From Candidatus Bathyarchaeia archaeon (GTDB lineage: Archaea > Thermoproteota > Bathyarchaeia > 40CM-2-53-6): a DNA stretch of 64,000 nucleotides. Below are positions 1-10,324 of the stretch, one piece after another. The position numbers and the translations under genes were made by a program. How positions within the stretch are numbered: the stretch's first letter is position 1; every line of letters starts with the position of its first letter. The stretch covers positions 576,001 to 640,000 of the forward strand of contig JBEKVV010000001.1 of NCBI GenBank assembly GCA_049513715.1, given 5' to 3'. Under the pieces are notes generated by a model that made no database searches, was not told the DNA's origin, and saw only the letters and a program-made list of their open reading frames with translations.

Positions 1-1796
1 GCAATGAAATGTCTGAGATCTTTGCTTTGACTCCACGAATTTGCTCGTACGCCAATGGGCCTTCCTTGATCCCCCAGCGGTAACCGGCGATGACCATCTC
101 CTTCACTTCCTGAAGGTACTGCGCCCCTTTCGTCACCTCAACTAACATGTTGCTCCCCTCGTCGACGCTCCAGACTCCACGGGCTTCGTCTGGCGGCCAG
201 CCTTCGTCGCGCAGAATCTTGGCCATTTCATGTTTGTCTTGGTACTCGCCAATTTTTCCTTCCTTGATCATGGTTACGATCTTGTCAGGGAGCGGTTCGA
301 TGGACAAGTAGATCTTGTTGTGCTTGTTGGGCGATTTGCCTTCGACAGGCCCTGCCGCGCTCCTTACGCTTTCACGGTAGATCACGATTGGGGTTGATGT
401 AACGATTTCAAGGCCAGTTTTGGTGATGAGGGTTTGGGCGATTTCTAGGTGAAGGGTTCCCATACCTGCGATTAGGTATTCCCCTGTTTCCTCATTGATT
501 TTCGTGACAAGGTTTGGGTCTTCGATGCTGAGCTTCCTGAGTAGGTCGACGAGTTTTGGAAGGTCGCGGCTATGCTTCGGCTCGACAGCCATTGTAACGA
601 CCGGCTCGGTTACGTAGTGGACTGCCTCGAATGCAGCTATGTCTTTGATTGTGGAAAGGGTTTCACCAGCTCTTGCCGCATCAAGGCCAAGGAGGGCTGG
701 TATGTTTCCCGCGCTTATGGTCCCAATAATTTCCCTGTAGGGTCCCATGAATATGCAGACTTGCTGAACACGTTGGTCGACGCGTGCACCAAGAAGGTGG
801 AACGTTGAACCCTCCTTAATGGTTCCAGAGAACAAACGCCCGCTCGCCACAACACCAGCTTGCGGGTCCACGACTATGTTAGAGATTGCCATGACGACCG
901 GACCGTTGTCGTCGCAGTTCATCATCGCCTGGCCAACTTCGCTGTTAATGTCTCCCTTCCAAATCTTGGGAATGCGGTATCTCTGGGCCACGTGTGGCGG
1001 CGGCATGGATTCAACAGCCATGTTGAGTATGGCTTCGTGCAGTGGCGCACGGTCCTTCAGTGTCTCCACTTTGTCGTTTAAGTATGCGTCAACAACGTCT
1101 GAGAACTTCACACCCTTCTCCTTCGCGATTTCCGCGTTAAACCCCCACCGATCCTTGGCGGACCCCATTGCAACAGTGTTGCTTGCGAAGCCTACCTTCC
1201 ACTTTTCCCGGTATTCAGGTTCCGCGTAAAGTTCAATGAGACGGTTGAACTCGGTGATAATTCTACCAATGCGCTCCTGGATCTGCTCAGAGTTCAACCG
1301 TAGCTCCTTGATTAGGCGGTCAATCTTGTTGATGTATAAGACCGGTCGAACCCGCTCTTCCAATGCCTGGCGGGTTACCGTTTCGGTTTGAACCATGATT
1401 TCCTCGACGGAGTCGACCACGACAACTGCGCCATCAATGACTCTCAGGGACCGGGTTACCCTGCCCGAGAAGTCTACGTGGCCGGGGGTGTCGATGAGGT
1501 TAATGACGTATGCGATTCCGTTTCTCTCGTGCAGCAAGCTAATGTTTGCCGCTTTGATGGTCATCTGGCGCTTCTGCTCTTCCTCCATATAGTCCAAGGC
1601 TAGCGCTGTGCCAGCCATGCCTGGTGACAGAAGGCCTGCAGCGGCAAGGAGGGAATCGCTCATCGTCGTCTTTCCGTGGTCGACGTGGGCGATGATGCCC
1701 ATATATTCCGGACGCAGAACTCGACTACGCCTTTCGGATCTGGTCCTTGTTCGCTATGATCTTCTGAAGTTCCGTTGTGCTCTTGTAACGGACCAT
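1..1796 (-). CDS. fusA: Translation elongation factor 2 (aEF-2), 3' end outside the window; split gene: exon 1 1796-1733, exon 2 from 1704
   Basis: Manual translation: exon 1 MVRYKSTTELQKIIANKDQIR, exon 2 (N)MGIIAHVDHGKTT..RQMTI..DTPGHVDF..NKID..GMGTLHLE..KSPNKHN, open to the window edge. Missing from the ORF track. Confidence 0.97.
1705..1732 (-). other. Predicted 28-nt bulge-helix-bulge (BHB) intron in the EF-2 mRNA
   Basis: Minus strand: CCAGA-UCCG-AA^A-GGCGUAG-ucgaguu-CUGCGUC-CGGA-AU^A-UAUGG. 4-bp central helix, two 3-nt bulges, 7-bp intron stem; removal gives CAG AUC CGA AAU AUG GGC (QIRNMG). Confidence 0.9.
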
Positions 1797-2029
1797 TTGT
1801 TCTCAACTCGACTTTGAAATTCGCGATGGCAACAAGGCTCAATCTCATTTATGCATTACTGTTGAAGGCCCTGTCAAGTCTCCGTCGGTTCGCGAACTGC
1901 TTTTTGCGTGTCAAAAGTCGTCGGGTGATTGAGCGATGATGCCAGTCGCCCTTGGTCTTGGCGCATTTCGCGGTGATTTCTGGTCGCGCGTTAAATACAT
2001 CAAACATGACAGTCTAGACCGAACTTTCA

Positions 2030-2963
2030 ATGCGAACCATCTTCAAACTCTATTTGCTTCTTGTCCTCGGTATTCTGGCTTTCTTCGTTGGTTCAGTATT
2101 AGGAGCCCTTTCATCTGGCAGACTAGTGCTCTCGCAATCAATAGAATGGGCGACGGGCATAGTTGCGATAGCAGAATCAGTTATGGCATTCGCGATATTC
2201 GTTTCCGCCACACTAGATGGTACGATTTTTTGTGCAACAAAGAGCAAAACACTATGCACATATCAACGATGAAGTATTGAAACCGCTCACGACGATAGAA
2301 CTCGAAACTCAAACGAAAACTCCAGACATCCGGAAAATAGGCGACATTTACGGCTTCTATGTTAAACTTCCAAGACATTCCTACTTCTATGATGATGCGA
2401 TTCTGCACTTACAGCTATCAAACCCAACAGTCGCCAGCAACCTAAGCGCCCTACATTCTAGAGTGAGTGAACATAGTGCTGAAATGAGCGAAACAGACGA
2501 TTTCATAGTAACGAAAGTAAATGAGGCATTGAGTAGCCGTAAACTCGAATACGACGGCACGGGAAACGCATTTTTCAACATTATACAAATTCTCAGTGAG
2601 GGGTGGCTTCACTATATCCACCGCATGGATGCCTCTGTCGTGCTGCCGTGGTTGCGACGAACATATCCTCGTATGGATGAAGGTCGTTCCTTGTATCTAG
2701 CGGGCACTTTGGTCTGGGAAGAACGTACAGCGGGTGAAAGAGATAGAGTGGTCGAAGCGGTTGAGAGTCTAGCGGCTGATACTGAGATTTTGCACAAAAT
2801 CGAAGGGCTTGAAAGCTCGAAGAAGAAACTTGAGGCTACCATAGACGAAATTGTTGGAGAAGCACAAGAACTAAGCATGGCAATCGAAAGTGATGGCTAC
2901 ACCGGAAAAGCCGACTGCTGCCCTACCATCTGGCGACTGATTACGACTTACTGGTTGAGCTAG
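2030..2963 (+). CDS. Hypothetical protein with N-terminal membrane helices, apparently split by a +1 frameshift near 2219 (ORFs 2030-2272 and 2217-2963)
   Basis: Removing one G from GATGGTA joins ...FVSATLD to VRFFVQQRAKH...; both parts look protein-like. Confidence 0.5.
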
Positions 2964-3100
2964 TTGGTTGTCTTGTTGTTGAAGTATTCGCCTAGTACGG
3001 CTCTTACGGTTTCGGGTACAGATTCAAGTTTTCGGGCTTTTCGTTCTTGCTCTAACGCCTTTACCATGTCGTCTGACATGGCTACCATTATCTTGTTCAT
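2960..3100 (-). CDS. Small ribbon-helix-helix (CopG-like) protein, 46 aa
   Basis: Manual translation MNKIMVAMSDDMVKALEQERKARKLESVPETVRAVLGEYFNNKTTN; strand-helix-helix pattern. Confidence 0.65.
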   Translation of the reverse strand: MNKIMVAMSDDMVKALEQERKARKLESVPETVRAVLGEYFNNKTTN

Positions 3101-3263
3101 TGCCAAAGGCTACACGCCACAGGGAGGATAAGGGAGGGTGATGGCAACGTGCGTTGATGGGTCAATGAGTGGTCGTGATGTTGCGGACCTCTACGACGCC
3201 AATGATAAGAGATTCACAATGTACTCCTTAGAGGACTTCTAGGTAAGGCTAGGCGAGCGTACT

Positions 3264-4307
3264 GTGGGCTTCAACCTTTCACCCATCGTAGTTAAGCAAC
3301 AACTCAAACTGGAAGATCTGAAGGGGCGAAGCCTTGCGGTCGACGCAAACAACATGCTCTACCAATTCCTAGCGCTGATTAGGATGAGAGACGGAAGACC
3401 CTTCACGGACGCTCAAGGGCGCACAACCTCGCACCTGGTAGGTCTGTTGCTCAGGACAACTCGGCTCATAGCCGACTACGACATTCGGCCTGTCTTCGTT
3501 TTCGATGGGAAACCCCCCGAATTGAAAATGAAAACATTGCGGGAGAGACGCGCGTATCGGGAACGTGCAAGGAAGGAGTGGGAGGATGCCGTAAGCGCGG
3601 GAGATCTCTCGAAGGCGTGGTCAAAGGCTACGAGAATGAACTCGCTCACACAGGAAATGCAGGCCGATGCACGAACCGTTCTCTCTCTGCTTGGTGTACC
3701 GTTCATTCAGGCCCCTGAGGAGGGGGAAGCTCAGGCAGCGCACATTGCAGCTAAGGGCGATGTTTGGGCGGCGAACAGCCGAGATTACGATTCCGTCCTC
3801 TTCGGGGCCCCACGTCTTGTCCGGTACGTGACGATCTCAGGCCAAGAATTCCTTCCCAGCAAAGGCGTCGCTCGGCCCCTGATTCCTGAACTGATTGAGC
3901 TGCAGAGGTTGTTGGGCTCGCTGGGTATTTCTAGGGAGCAATTGGTCGACTTGGCAATTCTGGTGGGCACAGACTTCAACGAGGGTGTTCACGGGGTGGG
4001 GCCAAAGACCGCGCTTAAACTCATCAAAGCCCATGGCCGCCTTGAAGAGCTGCCAACCCAATATCGAGATAAACTCGCCAAGAATCTGACTGAGCTCCGT
4101 CAAATGTTCCTGAATCCAACCATAACAGATTCGTACGAAATCCGCTTCGAAGGACTCGATGAAAACGGATTGTTTCGTTTCCTTTGCGATGACCGGGGCT
4201 TCTCCAAGGGCCGAGTAGAGTTGGCGGTTAGGAGAATGAAACAATTCTACGCCCGGGAACGGTCCACACTCACTTCGTGGTTGGAACCTCAGTCGGAGGA
4301 TTCGTAG
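3264..4307 (+). CDS. fen1: Flap endonuclease 1
   Basis: AVDANNMLYQFL, VFVFDGKPP, EGEAQAA, ILVGTDFN, C-terminal PIP-like STLTSW. Confidence 0.97.
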   Translation: MGFNLSPIVVKQQLKLEDLKGRSLAVDANNMLYQFLALIRMRDGRPFTDAQGRTTSHLVGLLLRTTRLIADYDIRPVFVFDGKPPELKMKTLRERRAYRERARKEWEDAVSAGDLSKAWSKATRMNSLTQEMQADARTVLSLLGVPFIQAPEEGEAQAAHIAAKGDVWAANSRDYDSVLFGAPRLVRYVTISGQEFLPSKGVARPLIPELIELQRLLGSLGISREQLVDLAILVGTDFNEGVHGVGPKTALKLIKAHGRLEELPTQYRDKLAKNLTELRQMFLNPTITDSYEIRFEGLDENGLFRFLCDDRGFSKGRVELAVRRMKQFYARERSTLTSWLEPQSEDS

Positions 4308-5909
4308 GTGCCGGATCTAACCCCGTTCAGCAAGTTCGCAGATGTTTGCAGGGCCTTGGAGAGTACAACCAAACGAACCGAAAAGGTGGTCTACTTGGTC
4401 AAATTCCTCAAATCACTCACCCCGGACGAGATTCAGCCGGCGGTTTCCTTCCTTACCGGCCGACCTTTTCCGGAGTCGGATGAACGCGTCCTAGATGTCG
4501 GTGGGCGGACACTCTGGAAGATGAACCGCGGAGGTGGCCAATCTGCGTTGGTCTCCAAACCTGCAACCATCCTAGAAGTCCTCAGGACTTTCGATAGAAT
4601 AGCATCATCCTCAGGGCCGGGTTCAAGACAGCGAAAGGAAACCCTGGTCGAAACTCTCCTAAACAAACTCCCTCCTTCAGATGCGGAGCATTTGACGCGA
4701 ATCATTTTCGGGGAGATGCGAATTGGCGCTGTCGAGGGAGTTGTTTTGGACGCAATCGCTGAAGCTGCCTCCATCAACCCGGAACAAGTACGGAGGGCAA
4801 ACATGCTTCTGGGAAGTCTGCCCAAGGTGGCCAGAATTGCATTAACTGAAGGGCCTGAGGCAATCAAGAACATCGGCGTGGTGCTGTTCGTTCCGATTAA
4901 GCCAATGCTTGCGGAAATGGCGCAGGATTTCGGAGAGGTCTTGAAAGAGCACGGCGGAGTGTCTGCCTTCGAATACAAGTACGATGGTGCACGAATCCAA
5001 ATCCACCGCAAAGCGCGGGAGGTCAGGATATTCAGCAGAAGACTGACAGACGTCACAAGCAGCCTTCCGGACATCGCACAATTGGCTAAAGAGAAGATAC
5101 GCGGCGATGAGTTTCTTGTTGAAGGGGAGGTTGTGGCAACTGGGCAGGAAGAGAAGCCTCTTCCATTCCAAGACCTAATGCGCCGGTTTAGACGCATGCA
5201 TGAGATTAATGAGATGGTGAAAGAGATCCCGCTCAAGCTCTTCCTATTCGACGTGATTTACCTGAACGGAGAAATGCTGATCGATTCGTCGTACGAGAAA
5301 CGCTGGAACACTCTCGAGGGCTTGACTGAGCAGAATCTGATGGCTACAAGAATTGTGACGGGGGACTCGAGCGAAGTCGGGCGATTAATGGAGGCATCCA
5401 TCAAAGCTGGCCATGAAGGATTGATGGCTAAGGATTTGAAGAGCACGTACACGCCTGGTGTGCGTGGAAAGAAATGGTTCAAAATCAAACCAGCAGAATC
5501 GGTGGATGTTGTGATCATTGCGGCAGACTGGGGGTCTGGAAGGAGGCGGGGATGGTTGAGCAATTACCACCTCGCAGTGAGAAGCGAGGCGACAAACGAG
5601 TACCTTGTTGTTGGTAAGACGTTCAAGGGCCTTACTGACGAGGAGTTTGAGGAGATCACGAAGAAGCTCCTTGAGCTGAAGACAAAGGAGACCGAGTATA
5701 CCGTTTACGTGAAACCGTCAATTGTTGCGGAGGTCGCCTTCAACGAAGTACAGCGCAGCCCCCACTACAAATCAGGGTTTGCATTGCGATTTGCACGAAT
5801 AACTAGGTTTAGAGAAGACAAAGGCCCAGAAGACGCTGACACCTTGGAGCGCCTGAATCGTCTCTACCAAGACCAGTTTAGGTACAAGGCACCAGCAAAC
5901 TTCCGATGA
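4308..5909 (+). CDS. lig: ATP-dependent DNA ligase
   Basis: EYKYDGARIQIH (motif I), EGLMAK, KWFKIK, ALRFARITRFREDK. Confidence 0.96.
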   Translation: MPDLTPFSKFADVCRALESTTKRTEKVVYLVKFLKSLTPDEIQPAVSFLTGRPFPESDERVLDVGGRTLWKMNRGGGQSALVSKPATILEVLRTFDRIASSSGPGSRQRKETLVETLLNKLPPSDAEHLTRIIFGEMRIGAVEGVVLDAIAEAASINPEQVRRANMLLGSLPKVARIALTEGPEAIKNIGVVLFVPIKPMLAEMAQDFGEVLKEHGGVSAFEYKYDGARIQIHRKAREVRIFSRRLTDVTSSLPDIAQLAKEKIRGDEFLVEGEVVATGQEEKPLPFQDLMRRFRRMHEINEMVKEIPLKLFLFDVIYLNGEMLIDSSYEKRWNTLEGLTEQNLMATRIVTGDSSEVGRLMEASIKAGHEGLMAKDLKSTYTPGVRGKKWFKIKPAESVDVVIIAADWGSGRRRGWLSNYHLAVRSEATNEYLVVGKTFKGLTDEEFEEITKKLLELKTKETEYTVYVKPSIVAEVAFNEVQRSPHYKSGFALRFARITRFREDKGPEDADTLERLNRLYQDQFRYKAPANFR

Positions 5910-5919
5910 GAGGCTCGAG

Positions 5920-6618
5920 ATGAAGGTCGTTGTTCTGTTTAGTGGCGGGAAAGACAGCACGTTCGCACTCTGGTGTGCCCAGATGCAAGGCTGGGACGTG
6001 ACGGCCTTAGTAACCGTTTTCCCGGAGTCGAATGAGTCGTGGATGTTTCATTATCCAGCCCTCAAATGGACCGCACTGCAAGCGGAAGCAGCGGAAATCC
6101 GACAGGTTAGAATTCAGACCAAGGGGGCGAAGGAAGAAGAACTGGCAGATTTGACCTTGGGCTTGAAGCCGATTTTGAAGGACGAAGGGATTGATGGAAT
6201 CGTCTCAGGGGCGGTGGCCAGCGAGTATCAGCGGACGCGCCTGGACAATGTCTGTGAGGAATTGGGGATCAAGAGTTACGCTCCTCTCTGGCACAAGAAT
6301 GAAGAACAACTCGTCAGGGAACAGGTATCCGCGGGGTTCGAGTTCGTGCTGACTGCTTGCAACGCACTTGGGTTGGACGAGCGGTGGCTAGGCCGAAAGG
6401 TAGGCGCAAAGGATGTGGATGAGCTAGTTAAACTGAAGAAGCGGTTTGGTTTGAGCATAGCCTTCGAAGGTGGGGAAGCAGAAACGTTCGTTCTGAAGGC
6501 TCCCCCATTCAAACGCCAACTCTCAATTGTACGAAGTACTCCACATTGGCAAGGGGATTCAGGCTACCTGGAGCTAGAAAAGGTCATGTTAGGAAGGACA
6601 GCCCAATCGCACGTGTGA
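5920..6618 (+). CDS. dph6: Diphthine--ammonia ligase (Dph6 family)
   Basis: SGGKDS PP-loop, SWMFH, GAVASEYQ, FEGGEAETFV. Confidence 0.9.
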   Translation: MKVVVLFSGGKDSTFALWCAQMQGWDVTALVTVFPESNESWMFHYPALKWTALQAEAAEIRQVRIQTKGAKEEELADLTLGLKPILKDEGIDGIVSGAVASEYQRTRLDNVCEELGIKSYAPLWHKNEEQLVREQVSAGFEFVLTACNALGLDERWLGRKVGAKDVDELVKLKKRFGLSIAFEGGEAETFVLKAPPFKRQLSIVRSTPHWQGDSGYLELEKVMLGRTAQSHV

Positions 6619-6652
6619 AGAGCACAGCATGCGACTTGCCCTACATTCTAAG

Positions 6653-7963
6653 TTAAGCCCGGGCTAAGCGCTCTGCTATCTCCTGCGCTTTGGACATGAC
6701 TTCTTCTTGATTGAGTGTTGTCAGTTTGCGGTTTTGCATGAGGACGTTACCGTCGACGATTGTTGTATCCACGTTTGAAGAGGAGGCTGAGTAAACCAAG
6801 TCTGACACCACGGTATCTTTTGTGAAGATAGGAGTCATGTTCGGGGTTTTCATGTTGACCAGGATCAAGTCTGCTCGCTTTCCGGGTTCTATGCTGCCAA
6901 GTTCATTGCTCACGCCTAGGGCTCTCGCACCTTCTATGGTGGCTAGGTCCAGAACTCGCTGTGCGTTCAGAACCGTAGCGTCCCATCTGTGCGCCTTATG
7001 CAGTAGCGCGCACACCTTCATCGTCTCAAACATGTCCAACGTGTTGTTGCTCGCTGCGCCGTCAGTTCCCAACCCCACCGCCATATCCAGCTCAAACATC
7101 TCAGGCAAGGGAGCGACGCCTCCACTGGCCAATTTCATGTTAGAGACTGGGCAATGGGCAACAGTAACCCCCGCCTTGGCCAATGTTCCCACCTCACTTT
7201 TCGTAAGCCATACGCAATGGGCTGCAAGCATCTTCCTCGAAAGCGCACCAATCTTGTCCAAGTATTCTACAACCCGCATTCCATGCTGCTTCTGGAAATC
7301 AGCCTGCTCCTTTCGCGTCTCCGCCACGTGAATGTGAATGATTGAGTCATTCTTTTCACCGAAATCCTTCGCCCAAAGCAACATCTCGGCTGAACAAGTG
7401 TATGGGGCGTGGAGCCCAATCGCAAATCTGATTCTTGGGTTGTCAAGTCCTTGGACGTAGTCGAAGAATTTCTTGGAAGTCTCCTGCCCAAGCCGCGCGT
7501 TTGCGGGGTCGAACAGGTCCATGATTCCATAAGACAAGAATCCCCGCAACCCCGATTCTTCAACCGCCTTCGAAACGTGCTCCATGTGGAAGTACATATC
7601 CACTAAACATGTCGTGCCTGAGAGAATCATTTCAGCAGAACCCAACAGGGCCCCGTTATAGCAGGCCTCGTCAGTGAGCTTCGCCTCAAGCGGCCAGATT
7701 TTCTTTTGCAACCAGTCTTGAAGTTGCATGTCGTCCGCTAAGCCGCGGAACAGTGTCATCGAGAGATGTGTGTGGGTGTTGATTAGACCAGGTAGGGCTA
7801 TCTTGCCGTTGCCATCGATCTCAATATCCGCTGAGGCCTTGACTCCACGGCCAACTTCTTTGAAGATCCCGTCCTGTATCAATACGTGCCCGTTCTGAAG
7901 CACGTCCCGTTTCGCGTTTTGAGTAACAATCCAACTGCAGTTCTTTACCAGCAGCGATGCCAT
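6653..7963 (-). CDS. mtaD: 5'-methylthioadenosine/S-adenosylhomocysteine deaminase (amidohydrolase, MtaD/DadD-like)
   Basis: NTHTHLSM, HAPYTCS, HIHVAET, AHCVW, GTDGAASNN. Confidence 0.85.
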   Translation of the reverse strand: MASLLVKNCSWIVTQNAKRDVLQNGHVLIQDGIFKEVGRGVKASADIEIDGNGKIALPGLINTHTHLSMTLFRGLADDMQLQDWLQKKIWPLEAKLTDEACYNGALLGSAEMILSGTTCLVDMYFHMEHVSKAVEESGLRGFLSYGIMDLFDPANARLGQETSKKFFDYVQGLDNPRIRFAIGLHAPYTCSAEMLLWAKDFGEKNDSIIHIHVAETRKEQADFQKQHGMRVVEYLDKIGALSRKMLAAHCVWLTKSEVGTLAKAGVTVAHCPVSNMKLASGGVAPLPEMFELDMAVGLGTDGAASNNTLDMFETMKVCALLHKAHRWDATVLNAQRVLDLATIEGARALGVSNELGSIEPGKRADLILVNMKTPNMTPIFTKDTVVSDLVYSASSSNVDTTIVDGNVLMQNRKLTTLNQEEVMSKAQEIAERLARA

Positions 7964-8021
7964 AACCGAATCGGGTCATGAAGTCTAGTGTTTAGTTAAA
8001 AGCGCCGCGTTTCGCGCTCAC

Positions 8022-8918
8022 TCACAGAAGAATGCCGACCCCGAATCCCACGGCAATCAAAAGGATCGTACTGAGTATCAGCAGGACGTTGGCGCCTTGT
8101 GCCGGGACGAGGTCAGGGGTTTTATCATAACTCGATAAAGCAATACGACCTGCCTTGAAGGAGATTGGAATGGTCGCTAGGGAGATCAGGGTCGTGATTG
8201 GGGCCGCGTGGAACATGGCAGCCAAGACAATCGACGCATACGTTGCTGCTAGGCACGCCACATAGATCCACGCTGACTTTTTCCTGCCCAACAGAATGAC
8301 TACGTGGTGTCGTCCCGCTCTCTTGTCAACGTCCGCATCGGGAAATTCGTTCAAGAACAAGAGCATGGCCACAAGAATTGTGACGGGCACGAAGATGGAT
8401 AAAGCTGCAGCGTCAACTACTCCGGTTTGAGTAACGTAGGTTCCTACTCCCATTAATCCGAAGCCTGCCCCCGCTACGATTTCACTTAACCCATGTATGC
8501 GCGCAATGACGGGAGTGTACAGAACGATAGCGACAGCTCCAAAGGCTATGAGCGGGATTAGTACGTTGAACATGCGAGTTAGGAAGTATGCCCCGATCAA
8601 AGCGGCAGCGAGTAAACAGGTTATAGACACCGCGAGGGCTGAGGACGGTGACATTTGTTTGCTGACAAGCACCTCCACGCCACCGCTGAAAGGTGTCTTC
8701 GTCGTCTCCGCATCAATCTTTGAACGGTAGTCGAAGTAATTATTGAAAGCGTTTACAGCCGCGTGAGTTAACAGCGCACCAACCATCACAAGAACCGCAT
8801 GCATCGGATTGATATTCCGAATCGAGTAGTAGGACGCTGCTAGGCCTGCTAGGACTATGACGACAGTTAACGGTAGAAAATTCACACGCGTCAATATTGC
8901 GACGTTTCGCAAGCGCAA
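8022..8918 (-). CDS. UbiA/MenA-family prenyltransferase
   Basis: NAFNNYFDY, TPFSGG, NEFPDADVDKRAGR; multiple TM helices; start placed at TTG 8918 behind a GGGGAAG SD. Confidence 0.85.
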   Translation of the reverse strand: MRLRNVAILTRVNFLPLTVVIVLAGLAASYYSIRNINPMHAVLVMVGALLTHAAVNAFNNYFDYRSKIDAETTKTPFSGGVEVLVSKQMSPSSALAVSITCLLAAALIGAYFLTRMFNVLIPLIAFGAVAIVLYTPVIARIHGLSEIVAGAGFGLMGVGTYVTQTGVVDAAALSIFVPVTILVAMLLFLNEFPDADVDKRAGRHHVVILLGRKKSAWIYVACLAATYASIVLAAMFHAAPITTLISLATIPISFKAGRIALSSYDKTPDLVPAQGANVLLILSTILLIAVGFGVGILL

Positions 8919-9024
8919 CTCTTCCCCTAAGAGACTTGACTGAGTGATAGCGCAACCTAACCGTTTTAACTTGCACGTCCACGTTCCCACTCAGGTAACA
9001 ACTCATAGTTGAGGAAGACCGTGT

Positions 9025-10266
9025 TTGAGCAAAGTGAAAGATCCCTCATTGGCGCCGCAAGGGCAATTGAAAATCGAGTGGGCCCGAGCCCACATGCCAG
9101 TCCTCGAACAAATCCGCGCGCGTTTCGAGAAAGAGAAACCGTTCAAAGACATCTCAATCGCCATGTGCATTCACCTCGAAATGAAAACGGCAGTTCTGGG
9201 CCAGACGTTCCAAGCTGGGGGCGCCTCGGTTGCAATTACAGGCAGCAACCCGCTATCCACTCAAGATGATGTAGCCGCTGCGCTAGCCAATTCCGGTGTG
9301 AACGTTTACGCGTGGAAAGGAGTTACACCGGAAGAACATCACTCAAACTTGCTGCAGGTCCTCAGTCACAAACCACACATTTTGATCGATGATGGGGGTG
9401 AGCTTTCGGTCACTGTTCACACCGAAAAGAAAGACCTGCTAAACCAGGTCTTGGGTGCATGCGAAGAGACAACCACGGGGGTTCATCGGTACAAGGCTAT
9501 GGAGAAAGACGGAACCCTCAAGTACCCTGTGATAGCGGTTAACGACGCGTTCACCAAGTTCCTATTCGACAGCCAACATGGGACCGGCCAATCGGCCCTT
9601 GAAGGAATCATGAGGTCAACAAATCTGCTCATAGCAGGAAAGACGATCGTCGTGGGTGGGTATGGATGGGTTGGGCGAGGAATTGCATTGAGATTGAAAG
9701 GTTTGGGTGCAAACGTCATTGTAACTGAGGTCGACCCTGTTAGAGCGCTTGAAGCAGCCATGGAAGGTTACCGTGTCATGACGATGAAAGAAGCAGCAAG
9801 GGTCGGCGACTTCTTCGTCACCGCCACAGGCTGCTGTGACATCATAACCACAGAACACTTCGCTGAAATGAAGGATGGCGCCATTTTGGCGAACGCAGGG
9901 CATTTCGATGTTGAAATCGATGTTAAGGCTTTGCGCGAGAATGCCACCGCGGTTAGGGTTGCGAGGCAGAATGTGGAGGAGTACAAGATGAAAAACGGCA
10001 AGCGCCTCTACCTTCTCGCCGAGGGACGGTTAGTGAACTTGGCTGCTGCAGACGGGCATCCGGCTGAGGTGATGGATATGAGCTTCGCAAATCAAGCCCT
10101 GGCAGCCGAGTACGTGCTGAAGAAGAAGGGAGAGCTTCAACCAAAAGTCTACCCGGTTCCGCTGAAGATAGACAAAGAAATCGCACGGCTGTGGCTTGAA
10201 ACCCAACACATGAAGATCGACACGCCCACAGATAAGCAGGTGAGGTATCTCACGTCTTGGCGATGA
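9025..10266 (+). CDS. ahcY: Adenosylhomocysteinase family, HxExK type (probable S-inosylhomocysteine hydrolase)
   Basis: SNPLSTQDD, EETTTGVH, GYGWVGRG, GHPAEVMDMSF; substrate motif HLEMKT. Confidence 0.93.
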   Translation: MSKVKDPSLAPQGQLKIEWARAHMPVLEQIRARFEKEKPFKDISIAMCIHLEMKTAVLGQTFQAGGASVAITGSNPLSTQDDVAAALANSGVNVYAWKGVTPEEHHSNLLQVLSHKPHILIDDGGELSVTVHTEKKDLLNQVLGACEETTTGVHRYKAMEKDGTLKYPVIAVNDAFTKFLFDSQHGTGQSALEGIMRSTNLLIAGKTIVVGGYGWVGRGIALRLKGLGANVIVTEVDPVRALEAAMEGYRVMTMKEAARVGDFFVTATGCCDIITTEHFAEMKDGAILANAGHFDVEIDVKALRENATAVRVARQNVEEYKMKNGKRLYLLAEGRLVNLAAADGHPAEVMDMSFANQALAAEYVLKKKGELQPKVYPVPLKIDKEIARLWLETQHMKIDTPTDKQVRYLTSWR

Positions 10267-10324
10267 GTTTTCCTTTTTCCGGATACGAAAATACGAAAAT
10301 TAGCCGATCTGGGCCACGTCGTCG

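Noticed and set aside
1660..1848. 62-aa minus-strand ORF and the plus-strand ORFs over 572-1817
   Set aside because: Off-frame or antisense shadows of the split EF-2 gene
2200..2275. TGTGCA/TGCACA hairpin near the frameshift as a second BHB intron
   Set aside because: No 4-bp central helix with 3-nt bulges; a single-base insertion explains the shift
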